Of a stretch of 64,000 nt of DNA, positions 12,481 through 26,420 are shown one piece after another. Position 1 is the first letter of the stretch, and each line of letters begins with the position of its first letter. Source of the DNA: Epiperipatus broadwayi (taxonomy: Eukaryota > Animalia > Onychophora); assembly GCA_028023455.1 (NCBI GenBank), contig JAQFVV010000006.1:1922001-1986000 (forward strand), written 5' to 3'. The notes beneath the pieces were generated by a model that was not told the DNA's origin, did not search any database, and saw nothing but the letters and a program-made list of their open reading frames with translations. The position numbers and the translations under genes are program-made.

Positions 12481-15079
12481 TATACATTTATAATTTTTGT
12501 AAGAAAATATTAATTATTTTTGAAGAATGACTCAGATTTTAATAGAAAAATTTACTTTATACAAAAGCAACTTGACAAAGAAATTATAATGTTTGACTGC
12601 AATTTATAATTGGATGACAAACATGTTTTATGTTTGCTGCTATAGATTATTTTCGTCAATTATAAATAGAAATTTTTTTTTTTTTTTAAATTTTGTTTAC
12701 TTCAATAATCTGACAAGTTATTAATTTACATTTTAGAAAAGATTTTAATCTAAAGATAAATATTTATCTCTAACATTAAATGTCAATACTGTATTTTGAA
12801 ATCTTTATTTTTTTTTCTTTGGGAAAAAATAACATTACGGTGTTTACACTAAAAAAAAAAAAAAGAATTTATAATGTAAATGATATACGTATAATTTTGA
12901 GTAGGTTTTGCAGTCTTGGAATCATATACCTGAATAAATTAGCAAAAAAAATTTCTTAAAATGTTGTATTGCTAATGATTTAAATGGCCTCAAGATGATA
13001 TATTCTGGTGGAATAGTGAGGATTAGAATTCAAGTTTTGAATGTGAAGATGTAGAAAATTAAAGTATGTTTGAAGAAGATTCACAATAAATTAGGTGAAC
13101 TTATTGTATTTATATTAGTTTTATTTAAGTAAATAAAAATGTTTTTTTATTTTTCAATAAAATCATTTAAATTTTCTTTTCCAATTTTTCGAGCTTAAAA
13201 TCCAACTGCATTTTATATTTGAAGTAAAATGGCATTTTGATTTATGTACAGAATAAATGCTCTGAAATCATTTGTTAATTATTCAGCCAATGAAATGAAA
13301 GTAAAAATAGATTGGAAAACATGACTTCTGGGTCAGGATGTCCAGTCTGAAATAATTTCCTTCTAAATAGCCCATTTCAGATAAACACTTGTCCAATGCC
13401 CAGTTACTGAGAAAGGAGAGAGCAATGGTCATCAGGTTTAACCAATGGTTGGACAGCCAATTACTGACTAATATTTTAATAGTTTGAAGAATTAGCTGAA
13501 GATAGGCCACATTTGTAAGAAAAATCTCAAATGACAAACCATTTCAAATTTATTAATCTTGCATTTTAATCCAATCCACAGAATAGTATGATCCGGGTAA
13601 TTTTAAAAATGATAAACTTCTTATAATTATAAAAGTGTTATAGGTATTTATTTAATAGAAATGGGTGCAAAAATAGGCTGCTTGCATTTTTCAAGTATGT
13701 GCCTGCATATTTCAACCATTGTCTTTTCAACAGTATGTTGTAAAACCAGAGCATAACATGGCCTATTTGGATTACATTTAAAGTTTACATTGACAACTAT
13801 TATCTGGTCTAAGGTGGTTTATGTAATGATGGGAGTTAGTGAATTATAACTAATCTTTGTCACTTTCAGGATGTGAATGTTTTGTAAACCGAGCAGGAAA
13901 CCATTGACTCGATTGTCTTTATTAGTGAAAATGAATAATTTCTTACCATGTTATTTCTTTCTAGGTGTGTCGTAATCTCATTCATCCATAGAATTGTTTC
14001 CCAAAGTTTCATCAACCACAACTTGGAAGAAATATTAAACAGAAAAATTAGAAATTTGAATTTCCATATTTTATGTGCATGTCCATTTATATAAGTGCTA
14101 TCACAAATCTTATTATCCATTTTCTCATGTTTCACAGAATATGCTCCGTGTTATAGATTACTCTTTCTTTGCAATGATTTTTTTTTTTTTTTGCATAATT
14201 ATATTCTATAATCTTGTTAATGGTTTTTGATGTCTTTTCATTAGATATATATATATATATATATGAATTAAATATTTCCATGGATTGGTATTATTTAATA
14301 AAGATAGAAATTAGATAATATCCATATAAATAGAGATAACCTTTAACCTTTGATGGTTCCAAGTAATTATCAATTGTTACTAATTGATAATCCATGAGGC
14401 TAAACAAGTTTTCTCATTAACCTATAGGAGCTCTTAGTTGAACATATATACATAGTGCTTGTTACTATCTATAGTTTTATATGCTTATGAGAAATTCTCA
14501 GAATTGTATACAATGGATATGGGAGGATTTCTGTATAATCACATTTTATTTAAATAAAGCCACAACATGGGAGATTCTAGCAAAACCATTTCTTTCAGTG
14601 ATGTCTATACTTATAAGAAAATGTCATGAGTAGAAATTCACATACATTTTTGGCCTGTTGTAGAAATTGTCCTTCAGAATGAAAATAACTTATTTGTGGA
14701 ATTGAAATTAATGTCTTAGCTTTGGTACCAGTAAAATGTGCATTTAATTTATATTACGATTAGTTATTATAGAGAAGGGATTAAACCTTCTATCATGTGC
14801 TCTTCACAAATTTTACAAGTACTTACCCATAAGTATCACTTTAAGAAGCGTAAATGAACCACTATGCTTAGAGCCTATCATTATATAAGGCAACCATTGC
14901 TCATCATGCTGAAATCATAGCTTTAATTTATTGTGTGCCTGAATTATAATTTGACAAATGAATTGAACAAACCTATTCATTCTATAGCAGGAGAGAAAGA
15001 ATCTCATTTTTAACCAACTGCAATTAGAAACAAATATTGAATTCGTGAATTTACTGTAATAAATAGTTCATTTATATAA

Positions 15080-15270
15080 TGCTGACGATATATGTAATAT
15101 AGAGAAGGGAATAAATCTTTGATCATGCGATCTTCATGAATTTGCACACACCCACTCATTATGCCTTTTAAACTGATGCTTATGGGTGAGTGCATGTAAA
15201 TTTATGAAGTGTGCATGACTAAAGGTTTTTCCCTTCTCTATATAACATACATAATCAGTAAACTATTTAT
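15080..15270. mobile_element. Small inverted-repeat element; related fragment at 14750-14860
   Basis: tatagagaaggga...catg...atttgc...ccactcat is mirrored by atgggtgagtgcatgtaaattt...cccttctctatata. Confidence 0.6.
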
Positions 15271-18020
15271 TGTGATTATTTATGTTGGTAAAATAGTAAA
15301 AATAATAATTTTTATGCTTTAATAAATAAAATATCTCGATGGCTGTATTTATTGTTGTATATTGATATTCTAAAGTCATAAAATACAGCATTTTAGAGAC
15401 ATACAAATAGAAATACATTTATAACTTCATGTAACTGACAAATATGCATGATGTAATTGATTTGCAGACATTCTTATGACCATATGAATCTCTTGTTTTA
15501 TACCTCAGTTTCTAGGATTTACATTCCTATAATGGCATTCGTTATGCTATATAATAGTAAAGCGTATTGATTCAATATCTAGTGCTATCCTATTTATTTT
15601 CCCAAACTCACTTCTGGATGTCTTCATGAAGGAGAAATTTTTGAACAGTGATGTAATTCTCAAAATATTTACACCAGTTTCAAAATCTCCGTGATGAAAT
15701 CCATAAGCTGTAAAGGAGATTGGAAATATAGTTGGGACATCATTAAACAGATGTTTAATAAACAGTTGCATCTCTTAATTACTCAAGCTTTCACTAGGTT
15801 GCAGGATTAGAAGAATCAAGAATTTGCTTCAGGAAAACGTTGTATGAGCAGGGGTGGCGGCATGTGATTTTTTAGTTTTGTGTAATTATTAATAGGTATT
15901 TATTTTTAAAATTAAAGATAAATTTACTGATCATTTTTCAAAGTTTGTTTGATTTTGCAAGGTTGAAAAAGTTTCAGATCTTTTTGCTTTTAGGTATTTT
16001 TTATACCTCATTTAATAACGTATTGTTAAAAATAAACTTTTTCCCCCATTAGCAGAACGGATTTATTTTTTTACAACCTTTCAATAAGAACGTTTTTTAC
16101 AACCTTTGAATAAGAACGTTTTTTGGGAATCGTCCTCCCATTGCTTAATTTGAAACTATTTGCAATGTTTTCTTGTTTAAAAGATTATATATATATAACT
16201 CCAGACCCCGCTCAGGTTTAGCAAGAATGATGTATGTATGGAACTGATTATAGAAACTTGTCTCATTTGACGGTTGACTTGAAAGAGCCAATAACTAACT
16301 AGCTTCATTCCTAATAATGAGCTTGTAATTGCAAGTTTGACGTGGCCGCTAAAGAGTCCTTCTGCTGCCGATTAAAACCCCACGGAATGCAATCAAGAAG
16401 GATCAATTAAAGAAATCAATAAAGACTAGAAATAGCCAGAAATGGCAAACAACCTTTTACTTTTTCCTCTTATCCTTTCTTTCCTCTTGATGCCTAGAAG
16501 AAATTAAAATGCCTAGTCACTCTTCAAAGAAGCCATTTAACAAGTCAGTTTAATTTTGGCATTGAGATGTTATTTTTAACTGTTTCTTTTTTAAAAGTAA
16601 AGGCTTCGGTTTTAACTTTTTTTAAGTATAAATAAAATATATTAAATAAATGTTTTTTTTACTTGCCTATCAAATGCAATATATATATATATATAATATA
16701 GCTAAATACAAATTGCTTTATTGATATTATATAAGGCCAAATCGTTACAATGAGTTCTTTTTCTATATACATATAAACAGTAAGTCTATTAAATATATAA
16801 GTGGAAGAATTTTAGAAGTGAATGTTTGTGCAAATGAGGAATTGAGTTTCACAGTTGAGTAATGTTGAGCTTGAATGGCACTGGTGCCCTGGAAGAGAAT
16901 CTGTTGGATTCATTTTTCACACGGATTTACCAATTGTATCTTGTCATTCAGCAGATTAACCGTTCTTCTGCGGCATTGGTTAGACATTCAGTGCACTGAA
17001 TCCGTTCCTTTCAAGTTAATCAGTGATTTATCTAACCCTTTTGCCATACATGGATGAGTTCATTATCCAGCAATTGTTAGATGTTTGTTGAATGAAAACA
17101 GCTGAACATTCCCCAAAACAATACATATATTAGATAGTTACATGACATTTCAGTACTCTACTGAAGTCTTAGCATAACAGCTCATAATTTCTGCTGCAGA
17201 CATTTTTATTCCATTTACTCAGCTGAGAATCAATCAAGAAACCTTTAGTTTGCTTAATCTGCCATATATTCATTGATATTAAGTGAACTGTTCTTTTTTA
17301 AAATTTGGAATTGTTGAAAGTTCATCTTCCAAACATAGTTTGGGGTATCTGGGCCACAAAATTTTATCTTTGCCGTCTAGCACTTAATCATTATTTCATA
17401 CTATTTTGTCATTGTCCTGTTGGTTTCAAGTGCACTGTTCTTTTTTAAAAAGTTAGAATTTTTGTCATTTTATGTACAGTTTTACTCTCAAAATTAGGTT
17501 GAAATGTATGGGCCACAATATTTTATGATTACCTGATATCTATTAATCATCATTCAATGATAGTTTGCCATTGTTTTTTTATCTCTAGCTTTTGTAATGC
17601 ATTTTTTCAACCTGTCATGTTGAAAGCTACTGTGCATCTTTTGTAGAGCATTTGAATACCAGGTAAAGATAATCATGGGCTTGGAGCCCATGAGAATAAA
17701 TATGATACTTTCCTCATAATTGGTGAAGTACATATTTCAATTTTATTTACAATTTTTACTTTCTGCATGTTCATACTTGTCATAGTTGGGATCCTTATAC
17801 TTTTATTACTACTAACTAAATTTCTCACTTATTGGATTAGCTTTCGGACAGCTTCTGGGAAGAAAAAATATTATGCCTGCTTATGGCTTTGAAAATTTTT
17901 CAAGATCATTTGGCCTAGACCTATAAAAGCTTAAGTTATCATAACTTTGCCATAAAGACCTTATATGTTATTTTGTAAAATATTAGGAGTATATCCACCA
18001 TTGAAAAACATCATTAGCGT

Positions 18021-18182
18021 TTCTTTGTATTTTTTATCTTTGTATTTTAGTTTTAATAGTTTTTATATTACCTTTATTCTCTTAATAATAATTCTATCAT
18101 ATTCTTTGTATTTTTTATCTTTGTATTTTAGTTTTAATAGTTTTTATATTACCTTTATTCTCTTAATAATAATTCTATCATA
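18021..18182. repeat. Perfect tandem duplication of an 81-bp T-rich unit
   Basis: ttctttgtattttttatctttg...aataattctatcat twice; explains the repeated peptide in ORF 17965-18183. Confidence 0.9.
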
Positions 18183-18960
18183 ATTTTTTTCTCCTTCACA
18201 TATATTGTAAATATTATTGAAGAACAAAATCACATAAGTTAGTTACTGTTTAGTTTATTCATATTGCAGATGTATATAAAATGTATGTATTTAATAGATA
18301 AAACATTGTTTTGATTAATATTTATAAACACTCTTACACTTAGATTAAAGGTTGAAAAGTGTTGAATCACAAGATGAAATATGATGATTGTGGACTCAGA
18401 GATATATCATATGAGTACAATAACTTTTTTACCAGTTAAAATATAATTATATTTCTTTTTATTTCGGTAGTCACGACATTCACACTCACCTTAGCAACCC
18501 AAATTAACCGAAATAATTTTCACATAAGAATCTAAGAATCATTAAATATCCATTTATCAATCAATATCAGATGGCTGTCTGGGTTGGTTTTGAATCATTG
18601 CCTGAAAGTCTGTTTAATAATTGAAAAAATTTCTTTAACTCATCTTATTCCATTCCCAGGCTTAGTCACGATAAGCAGATGTATTAACCTTTATGACACC
18701 CTGCTATTTTGTCCACAATGAAATTTTATTTAGTTCTTTATAAGATCATCAAAAATTAAAATATTTCTCATCATCCGAAGATGTATTGCCACCACTCCAT
18801 CCCACAGTGCTTTATTTGCATCTGTGAACCATTAATTTTTGTGGCTCTTCAGTTAAGAATTATATTTAATTATTGACCAATCTTCAAATATTTGACCGAT
18901 TTTCTGATTTATGTATATATATTAATTCTAATATTCTCACAAATATATGATGAATTCATA

Positions 18961-19110
18961 GTATTATTTCCGAGAGCTTCTATGTAATAAAAATGTTATA
19001 GCTAAACAGATAATGTTTCAATATAATAACAAGTACTTTCCTCAGAGCTTCTTTCTCAAATCATAAGAATGTGGGTCAGATCATAAGAATAAGCTCCTGG
19101 AAATAATACT
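18961..19110 (-). mobile_element. Short element with ~18-bp terminal inverted repeats and a candidate HHR motif (19000-19049, minus)
   Basis: gtattatttccgagagctt / aagctcctggaaataatac; minus strand AGCT CTGAGGA A AGTA..TATT GAAA CA ttatc TG TT T AGCT. Confidence 0.45.
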
Positions 19111-19116
19111 ATTAAT

Positions 19117-19778
19117 ATATATATAATATTCAAATCAATATATATATATCAAAATACAGTAAAATCCACATAAATTATATTTAGAAGTACTTTTGACTAT
19201 ACATCTTGTAGTCTTTATCAACTATATAACATTGAATAATCAAAATGAGACCTTTCACAGTACCCATAATTCAATTCAGATTTTTCACAATTATATTATT
19301 TTAACATTTGATGATTGCCGATTCATTAACATTTGATGATTTTTTGAAATCAATATAGCCTCTTTTATTTTATGTTTATTGTAGCAATGTTCAATTTGCA
19401 TAATTTTTATATATTTCTGATTGTTTCTTTTTTTGAATTTCTATTATATAAAAGCATATGCTCTTTTATTTTCTTCTCCAATGTACATTTAGATTCACCA
19501 ATATATTGTAAGCCACATTTACATATCATTTTATATATTGTAATACAATTTTGATTAAAATTTGAATTTCATCAAATGTTCAAATAACAGAATTGTGGGA
19601 AATCTGAATTGAACTATGGGTATTGTGAATGATTGTCTTGTTTCGATTATTTAATGCTATATAGTTGATAAAGACTACAAGATGTATTGTCAAAAGTACT
19701 TCTAAAAATAATATAATTTATGTGAATTTTACTGTATTTTGATATATATATATATATTGATTTGAATATTACATATAT
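19117..19778. mobile_element. ~660-bp foldback element (arms ~200 bp) with U3-A8 HHR-like motif in both arms
   Basis: 19117-19315 mirrors 19570-19778; right arm TATAG TTGATAA A GACTACA aga TGTA tt GTC AAAA GTAC TT CTAAA (19660-19706). Confidence 0.8.
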
Positions 19779-21259
19779 TTTGAAATGAATAGACATCAAA
19801 CTTAATTTATTATATATATGTAAGTTAAATAATGAATGGAAATTTTATTGTAAAATCTATAGCAAAGGTGTTTTACACTACAGTAACCAATCACATTAAT
19901 TTTTTAAGGTTCAAAAACAACAATAATAATCATGTTCATGCTACTATTGTTCTCTTTCATCTGAACATGCCCAATCTGATTGGCTAGTGCACTTTAAAAC
20001 ACTTTGGCTAAAGATTTTAACTTAGTTATAAAATGAAGTTTCCATTCATTCATTAATTTACATTTAATTAACCTGTTTAAAAATAATAAATTATAACATA
20101 TATATATTGTTTCAAGGTGGGTCTATAAAATCCTTTAATCGCTTTCCATTTTTCATCAGATATATTCTCTTTGCTTTTAAAAAAATAGCTTCTTGGGTGT
20201 TCTTACATGATTGAGTATAGAAAATTGGATTCTTCAGATTTTCTATGGTTTCTATTTGTGTTGGCCATCTTCAAAGGCACTTATGTATGTTTATTAATAT
20301 GGGTCTTTAATTCTTTTTCTGAATCCTGATAAAATTCTGTCTTTACCATGTTCCTGATACTTCAAGATTCAGATTATTTACTTTAATTTTTTTATATACT
20401 CTTTAAGAGATATACATTTTCTCAGGAGAAATATTGTAGATTTAATGTTTAAGATTTCTCCCAACGGTTTCAGTATTGTGTAGTTAATTTTTTCCCATCT
20501 TACAAGGTACTGAAAACTTTCTTAATGAAGATATTAATTTTTTTTGTCTCACCATGTCTAATGCTTAAGTTTTTGACCAGTAGTATAACTATTATTTTAA
20601 ATGTTTCATATAAAATATCTATCGTTCCTTTTCTTACTTCTTGTATATTATAAATTAAATTTCATTTATAATGTTTGATCTTTGGTAGTGTATATATTTC
20701 ACGGGGAAAGTAATTCTTTATTGATAGTTTGATAAGTTGAGAAAATTTGTTTTCTATTTACAATCACAAGGGTAACAATCTTATTGGAGAATAAGTAGTA
20801 TGTAGTGCTCTTGTTATTGAATAATTAGCTCTCATTAAGCTTTGGGATAAGTCTATTTTTTAACTACTAAATCTGTTATGTTGATTTTTGCCACATAAGA
20901 ATATATATCATGCCTTTTGTATGCTTGGCTGAATTGTCATTTTCACTATTTTTCTACTCCCAGTGATTACCATGGTTCACCAGCATTTGATGTTAAATTT
21001 CAGTGAAGTTATCTTTGAGATGATATATATTCTATACATGCATTTGGTATGTCTTGTTATATATATATATATATATATATATATAATGGTATATATAATA
21101 TATATATATATATATTAATGGTATCTTCAAAATGATGATATGGCTTAGAGTTTATTTTATATTTTAAAAATGCAGATATGTATGAAGTATACTAAATTTC
21201 CTAATAATTTATTTTTATTTTCTGTCTTTACCATTGTTATAAAACTGTAACACATCACA

Positions 21260-21590
21260 CTATTCCCTCTTTCTACGCTTACACAAGCTGTTAAATCAGT
21301 GGAAGACTTTCTATACACTTAGCACCACCTAATGCAAGCTATAGTAATCAATGGATGCTAGAAGGTTTGTGCATATATCTCTATATAATGCCTACTCATT
21401 CAATATCCCCAGACTAGTTTTTAGATCCCAAGATAGATCCAAGACTTCTCACTGATGAAAGCCTCAAGCTAATAACTCACCTGGGGATATTGAATGTGTA
21501 GGCACTAGATGGGGATTTTGTTGATAAACCTTTTAGCATTTATTGATTACTATGGCTTGCATTGGTTGGCATTGCTGTATGGAGAGTTTC
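21260..21590. mobile_element. Family A foldback copy with internal deletion and decayed HHR (21447-21486, +)
   Basis: Left and right arms are inverted; ttctca CTGATGA aagcctcaagcta ATAA ctca cc TGGGGA. Confidence 0.75.
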
Positions 21591-22780
21591 TTAGTAATTT
21601 TTACAATTATGCAATATATTTTACCAGTCACTGATTTCTCTGATTACATATTTAGCAAACAGCTTATAAACTCTCTATGAATAATTTGGATTGTTCAAAA
21701 ATATAACATTTTTTTTTTAAAAATAAAATGCTTGCATTCAAAATAAATAAGTAATATAGGTTGTTCTCAACTTTTGTACAATTTTCTATTTCATACACAT
21801 TTTGTACTTTTGATTTTTCTCAATTTACATGAGCAAATGTGCTTACTTGCACGTAATGATTTTTTCTTTCTTGTGGACTATTAGTCACTAGTTCCTCTCC
21901 ATCTCTCTTAAATTAACCCCATCCATTTGTAGCATCACAAGTTCACTCTTGGGCAGGGGCATTTCGAGTTAGAACATGTGTTAATAAATTGTGTCTTGTC
22001 AGTTTATATTAGAACATGTGCAATCATTTTATGCCATTTCTGTTTTGGTGAAAAAGTTTGATCTTATTAATTTATAAATATGAGTGAAAAAGGAAAAAAA
22101 AACAGCAATGTTGATATGGACAAAAAGAAACCAAGGCTTCACAATCTCCATATGATTGAGACAAAGGTGGCAAATCTTTTGCTTCAATCGATTGTTTGAG
22201 TAATTTAAGCTGATCGACAATATGTTCAATCTTGAAAAACAAGAACAAAATTAAGGAATATTTCCAAATTCATACTCTGTCAAGTTAATCTTCATTATGC
22301 TTTTAAACTTTTTTAATATTATTAGTCTAGATCTTATATGTATATGATTGTCTCACGCATATCTATATACTATATTTAGTCTCATTTTTTTCTCAATTAA
22401 AATAAAAAAAACTTAGATAAATATTTTCAAAGTATGAAAGTTTATTATATATTAATAATTCTTTGAACCTTTTTTTAAAAAAAAATAGAAACATAATATT
22501 TAGCAGAAATATATATATATATTGTAATGGGCACATACGACGTTACATTATTTTTTTTATTATTAAACATGAAAAAAATAAAAGTTCGCAAATAAAACTT
22601 CTTTTTTAAGAATTAAAAATTGAAAATTTTATATATATATAAAGTCGCACAGATGAGAAATTAAAAAAAAGAAACTTTATTAAAAAAAAAGAAAAAGTAT
22701 TTTAAAACTAAATTGTCAGTAAAGATTTAAAGATAAAAATATATCTAAGTTTGTACAAAACAAATTAATTAATGTTATTG

Positions 22781-24240
22781 AAAAAAATGGAAATGATTAT
22801 TATAATTAGTCCAAGTGAAGTAGCCCTTGGGCATTTAAATGTATAAGCAATGGTCAGATAGGAAAACAATAAAAACTAATGGCCAATGAAAAAAATCCAT
22901 CGGAAAATCGGACCTCAACGGAAGGGTCATCATCATCGATGACGTAATGTCACTTGGATCCGAAAGTTACATATAAAAGAAAAGGTGTGGAAATAAATTG
23001 GTAGTGAGTCAAGAAAATTTAAGAGAAGACGGAAATGTATTAAGTCGGATAGTTGGAGGTGAAGGGATTGAAAGACGCACTTTCAATTCCTCCAGTGGTT
23101 ATAAAAAAAGGGAAAAGAAATGAAACACCGTTTTTTTTATACTGAAGACCATAGGATCATCGGGAGATTTAACGCTAGATTCCAAATGGCATGCATCGTA
23201 AGAACTTTATGAACATTTTGAAAACACTAAGAACGCTAAAATATAAACTTTCCCAGTATTTAATTTATAGAAATAGAATCCTATCTGACCAACTTAATTT
23301 AGTAATAAGTAATTTTATTTGATGTATTTCTTTTTTTTTTTTAAATCATTTCCATTTTTTTTTTGTTCTTTTAAGTTTTTATTATGATTTTTGTTTTTCG
23401 TTAAATGTTAAACTTAAGTCGGGCGTGAATGGCTATATAGATTTGTAAAGTTTTATTAGGGGAGGGTAATCTTAGGTTATTCATTTTGTGGTTGAATTAG
23501 GTCAATGGATTGGCTATATTGGTGTAATTAGTAGATGTAGTACGAGGTTCGCTATGGGCAGAATCGCTAGTTTACACCACGCACCCCCTGTTGTCTATGG
23601 ATGGGATTGTAAGTTGGCAAAAGGACCACAGTCCCTTTGTATGGAATTTTTTTTATTGCTCTTCTCGTCAAATAGATGTAGTATTCCTATCTGGACGAGA
23701 GCCAATTTCTTTTCTTAACCTATATTTGTGCTGTCGTATTCGTATTACATTGAATACATCGATATATCAGATGGATTGGCGTTGGTTTAACGGTGAACTT
23801 TTGGCCTAAGGTTAAATAAGGGATAAAATATTTTCTTTTCAAATGCAATCTATGTAGTCTATTCATACTCGATACTCTAAATGCATTAAATTTAAGTTGG
23901 GTATAGACGCTTGCATGGATTCGTTATCGGTTAATTATGTGTTTAGTTTTCATATTTGATCAAAATATATAGACATTCGGTAAATACTGATACCTTACGG
24001 TGAGTATCTAAGATGTATTTATTTCAGATGTCTTTTAAGTTATTGGTGTCTATGTGGCATCTTATGATGAATGCCATTGGGTGTCTTATAAATTTCCCTT
24101 TGCATTTCCATCAATGACTTTATATTTTGATCGTTTATGTTTATTTTGAAATGTTTTTAACCATGTAATCTATGTAACCGATCTATACTCAACATTTATA
24201 AAACAAACTTTTATAAATCCATCTGTGCGAACTTATAAAA
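22781..24240. mobile_element. Unclassified GC/CpG-richer repeat-like segment with nested inverted repeats and LTR-like signals
   Basis: TGGTCAGATAGGA (22851-22863) / TCCTATCTGACCA (23279-23291); aaaaaaatggaaatgatt / aatcatttccattttttt outside them; ATGACGTAAT, TATAAAAG and AATAAA inside; no recognisable ORF. Confidence 0.35.
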
Positions 24241-26229
24241 ATAAAAATGTAAATTAAAATCTAAAATAAAAGTTTAAAATGTAGTTAAATGCTAAAGTAA
24301 ACATACTAAAATAATAATGTTAAATTTTATATATATGTGCGTAAATAAATGTTTGTGTGTTAATTGCTGGAAGTGGCTTATTTTATTCTTTAATATTGAA
24401 ATATTCTTAGATAAGAATTGATAAAATATAAATCTCTACTTTGCTGAGCTAGTGACAATGGGCTAACGGTCAAATTCAAAATATATAAAAAAAAATTTTT
24501 TTACCTTACGTATCTGCCTACTACTATAAATTTTCTAGGTTCTAAGTAGCCTAGTGGTGCGCTTGTAGTGCAGATATGTTAAGTCTCTACTCCGCACCAT
24601 TATAATATATATATATATATAAGTACTTTGAAAACTTTTTTTGATTTTTTTTTTTACATTGCTCTACTTTCGTATATTTCAATTTGCAAACACATTTCAA
24701 AAAAACAATTAAGTACGAAAGTAGAGGACTGCCAGTAATTTATATTCCTGATTTTTAATAATTATTACACAATTATTGTACCAAACTTATGAATTTTAAT
24801 AAAATTGCAAATATCACGTTTTTTGTTATTCAAATTAATTTTTCCAAGTAATGTCATAAAAATTACCCATCAAGGAGATGCCTAAGTTTTTCAAGTTAAC
24901 AAATTTTCACTTATCCTGACATCTATAGTATTTTTTTGGAATTAAACATTAGAATAAAATATACGTGATACAAAACAACATTTTAAAAATAGTCTTTCAA
25001 TAAGTGGTAAACAATTTGTTAAGAAAATTACTTTATATGAAAGAATTAAATAATTATTCAGGCTTATTTTCTTTATACATAAAAAGAACCAATAGGAAAA
25101 TGTTTTAATTTTCTTATTGCAGTATTGTCAAGTTTTGTAACACCATTTCTATTTTAACTTGTTTGTGTTTAATGTTATATATCTATATTGTAACCTCTAA
25201 TAATCGATTTTGACTTGGAATAGATGCGGAGAGTAAAAGGTTAACTGTGTTAAAACAGAAATTGGAGTAAGAAAAGCTAAAATACACTTTTCAATTAGAC
25301 TGGTATGTATTTAAAATAAATTCACATATAGTTGAATCTTCATAAGACCCTAACCCACTCAAATGCACTCGCTCCAGATTTCACAAATAAAATAAACAAT
25401 TTGTGTACATATATAATTTTTCAGGGAGTTGAATTTTATTCATTAACGTAGACAGATATACACATAAGGGATTTTATGTGCACCGTCTACCTTTAATTTC
25501 CTAGTTTCAAGTTGTGAATAAAATAAAATATTTAAGTGTAATATTAGTTGAATCAGCAATGTGATAGCTTGACCTGAACTTAAATTGTATTAATATGATG
25601 ATTAAAATATAATAACACATAATTTTAAAATAACAACAATGTTTATTTCATATAATAAAATAATAATCTCCATATGATAGCAAATATTAAATCTGAATTT
25701 TTTACTTCCTTAGGATGTGCATGTGGGAAATTGAATATAATACATTTAGTCTATAGAATCATGGTATGAGTGGCAATATTACGTACATGTTGGAGGAGAT
25801 TGATTGCAGTATTTTATCACACTTTTACTTTTGAATACATATAATAGGACAAAATGTTTTAAAATAATCAATTTAATTCTTAGGCACTTCAGAAACCTGT
25901 AATGAAATATAGATTAATTTTTATATTTAAAAATTTTAAATACTGGTTAAGCATGCAATCTCTCTCCAACACAGAAGATTTGAGATGTATTCATTCTTAC
26001 TTATCTGTCACACCTTATGTATATCTCTTAATTTTTATATGAATTACTTTGTTTTTTCATTAATTTATCTCCTAGTGAAAATTTCCCCAAGCTTTATACT
26101 GTAATTTGCCTGTGTTTTTTATATACGCTATAATATAAAATTTTAGATTGAAAAAAATTCCATAGATGGCAAGAAAATAAAAAAATCCTCAAAACAATAG
26201 AATTTTCTTACTCCTTGACAAGTGTCTCT

Positions 26230-26420
26230 AGTGTATTATGACAGGTTTTTGAGATGATTTTTGTGACATTGTTTAAAGAAAATGGTTTGAATAACCAAAA
26301 ATGTGTTTATTTGCAAATTTATTACAATTCTAGATACTATTATACAATAATTTATACAATATTTTTTAATAATCAAATTATAAATTATTAATAATTTATT
26401 TTGAATGGAAGTACTTTATT
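26230..26420 (+). repeat. Old dispersed AT-rich repeat, homologous to 53840-54030
   Basis: Shared gaca..ttt..gatg...acattgtt.a.agaaaat.gtt.gaata.ccaaaaa...tttg.aaatttattacaattc.aga...caataatttatacaatattt. Confidence 0.55.

Noticed and set aside
15082-15125. CTGACGA TATAT gta ATATA GAGA as an HHR
   Set aside because: All three related copies have GAGA instead of GAAA, helix I does not register with a cleavage site, and the motif points inward unlike the others.
16860-17240. Longer reading frames if TGA is read as Trp (NUMT or alternative code), also at ~10300-10700
   Set aside because: No resemblance to mitochondrial proteins, other stops remain, and the effect is expected antisense to a short ORF.
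19154-19740. TA-CAGTAAAATCC termini suggesting a Tc1/Tigger MITE
   Set aside because: The inverted repeat continues ~40 bp beyond the supposed TA TSD, so these are not the element ends.
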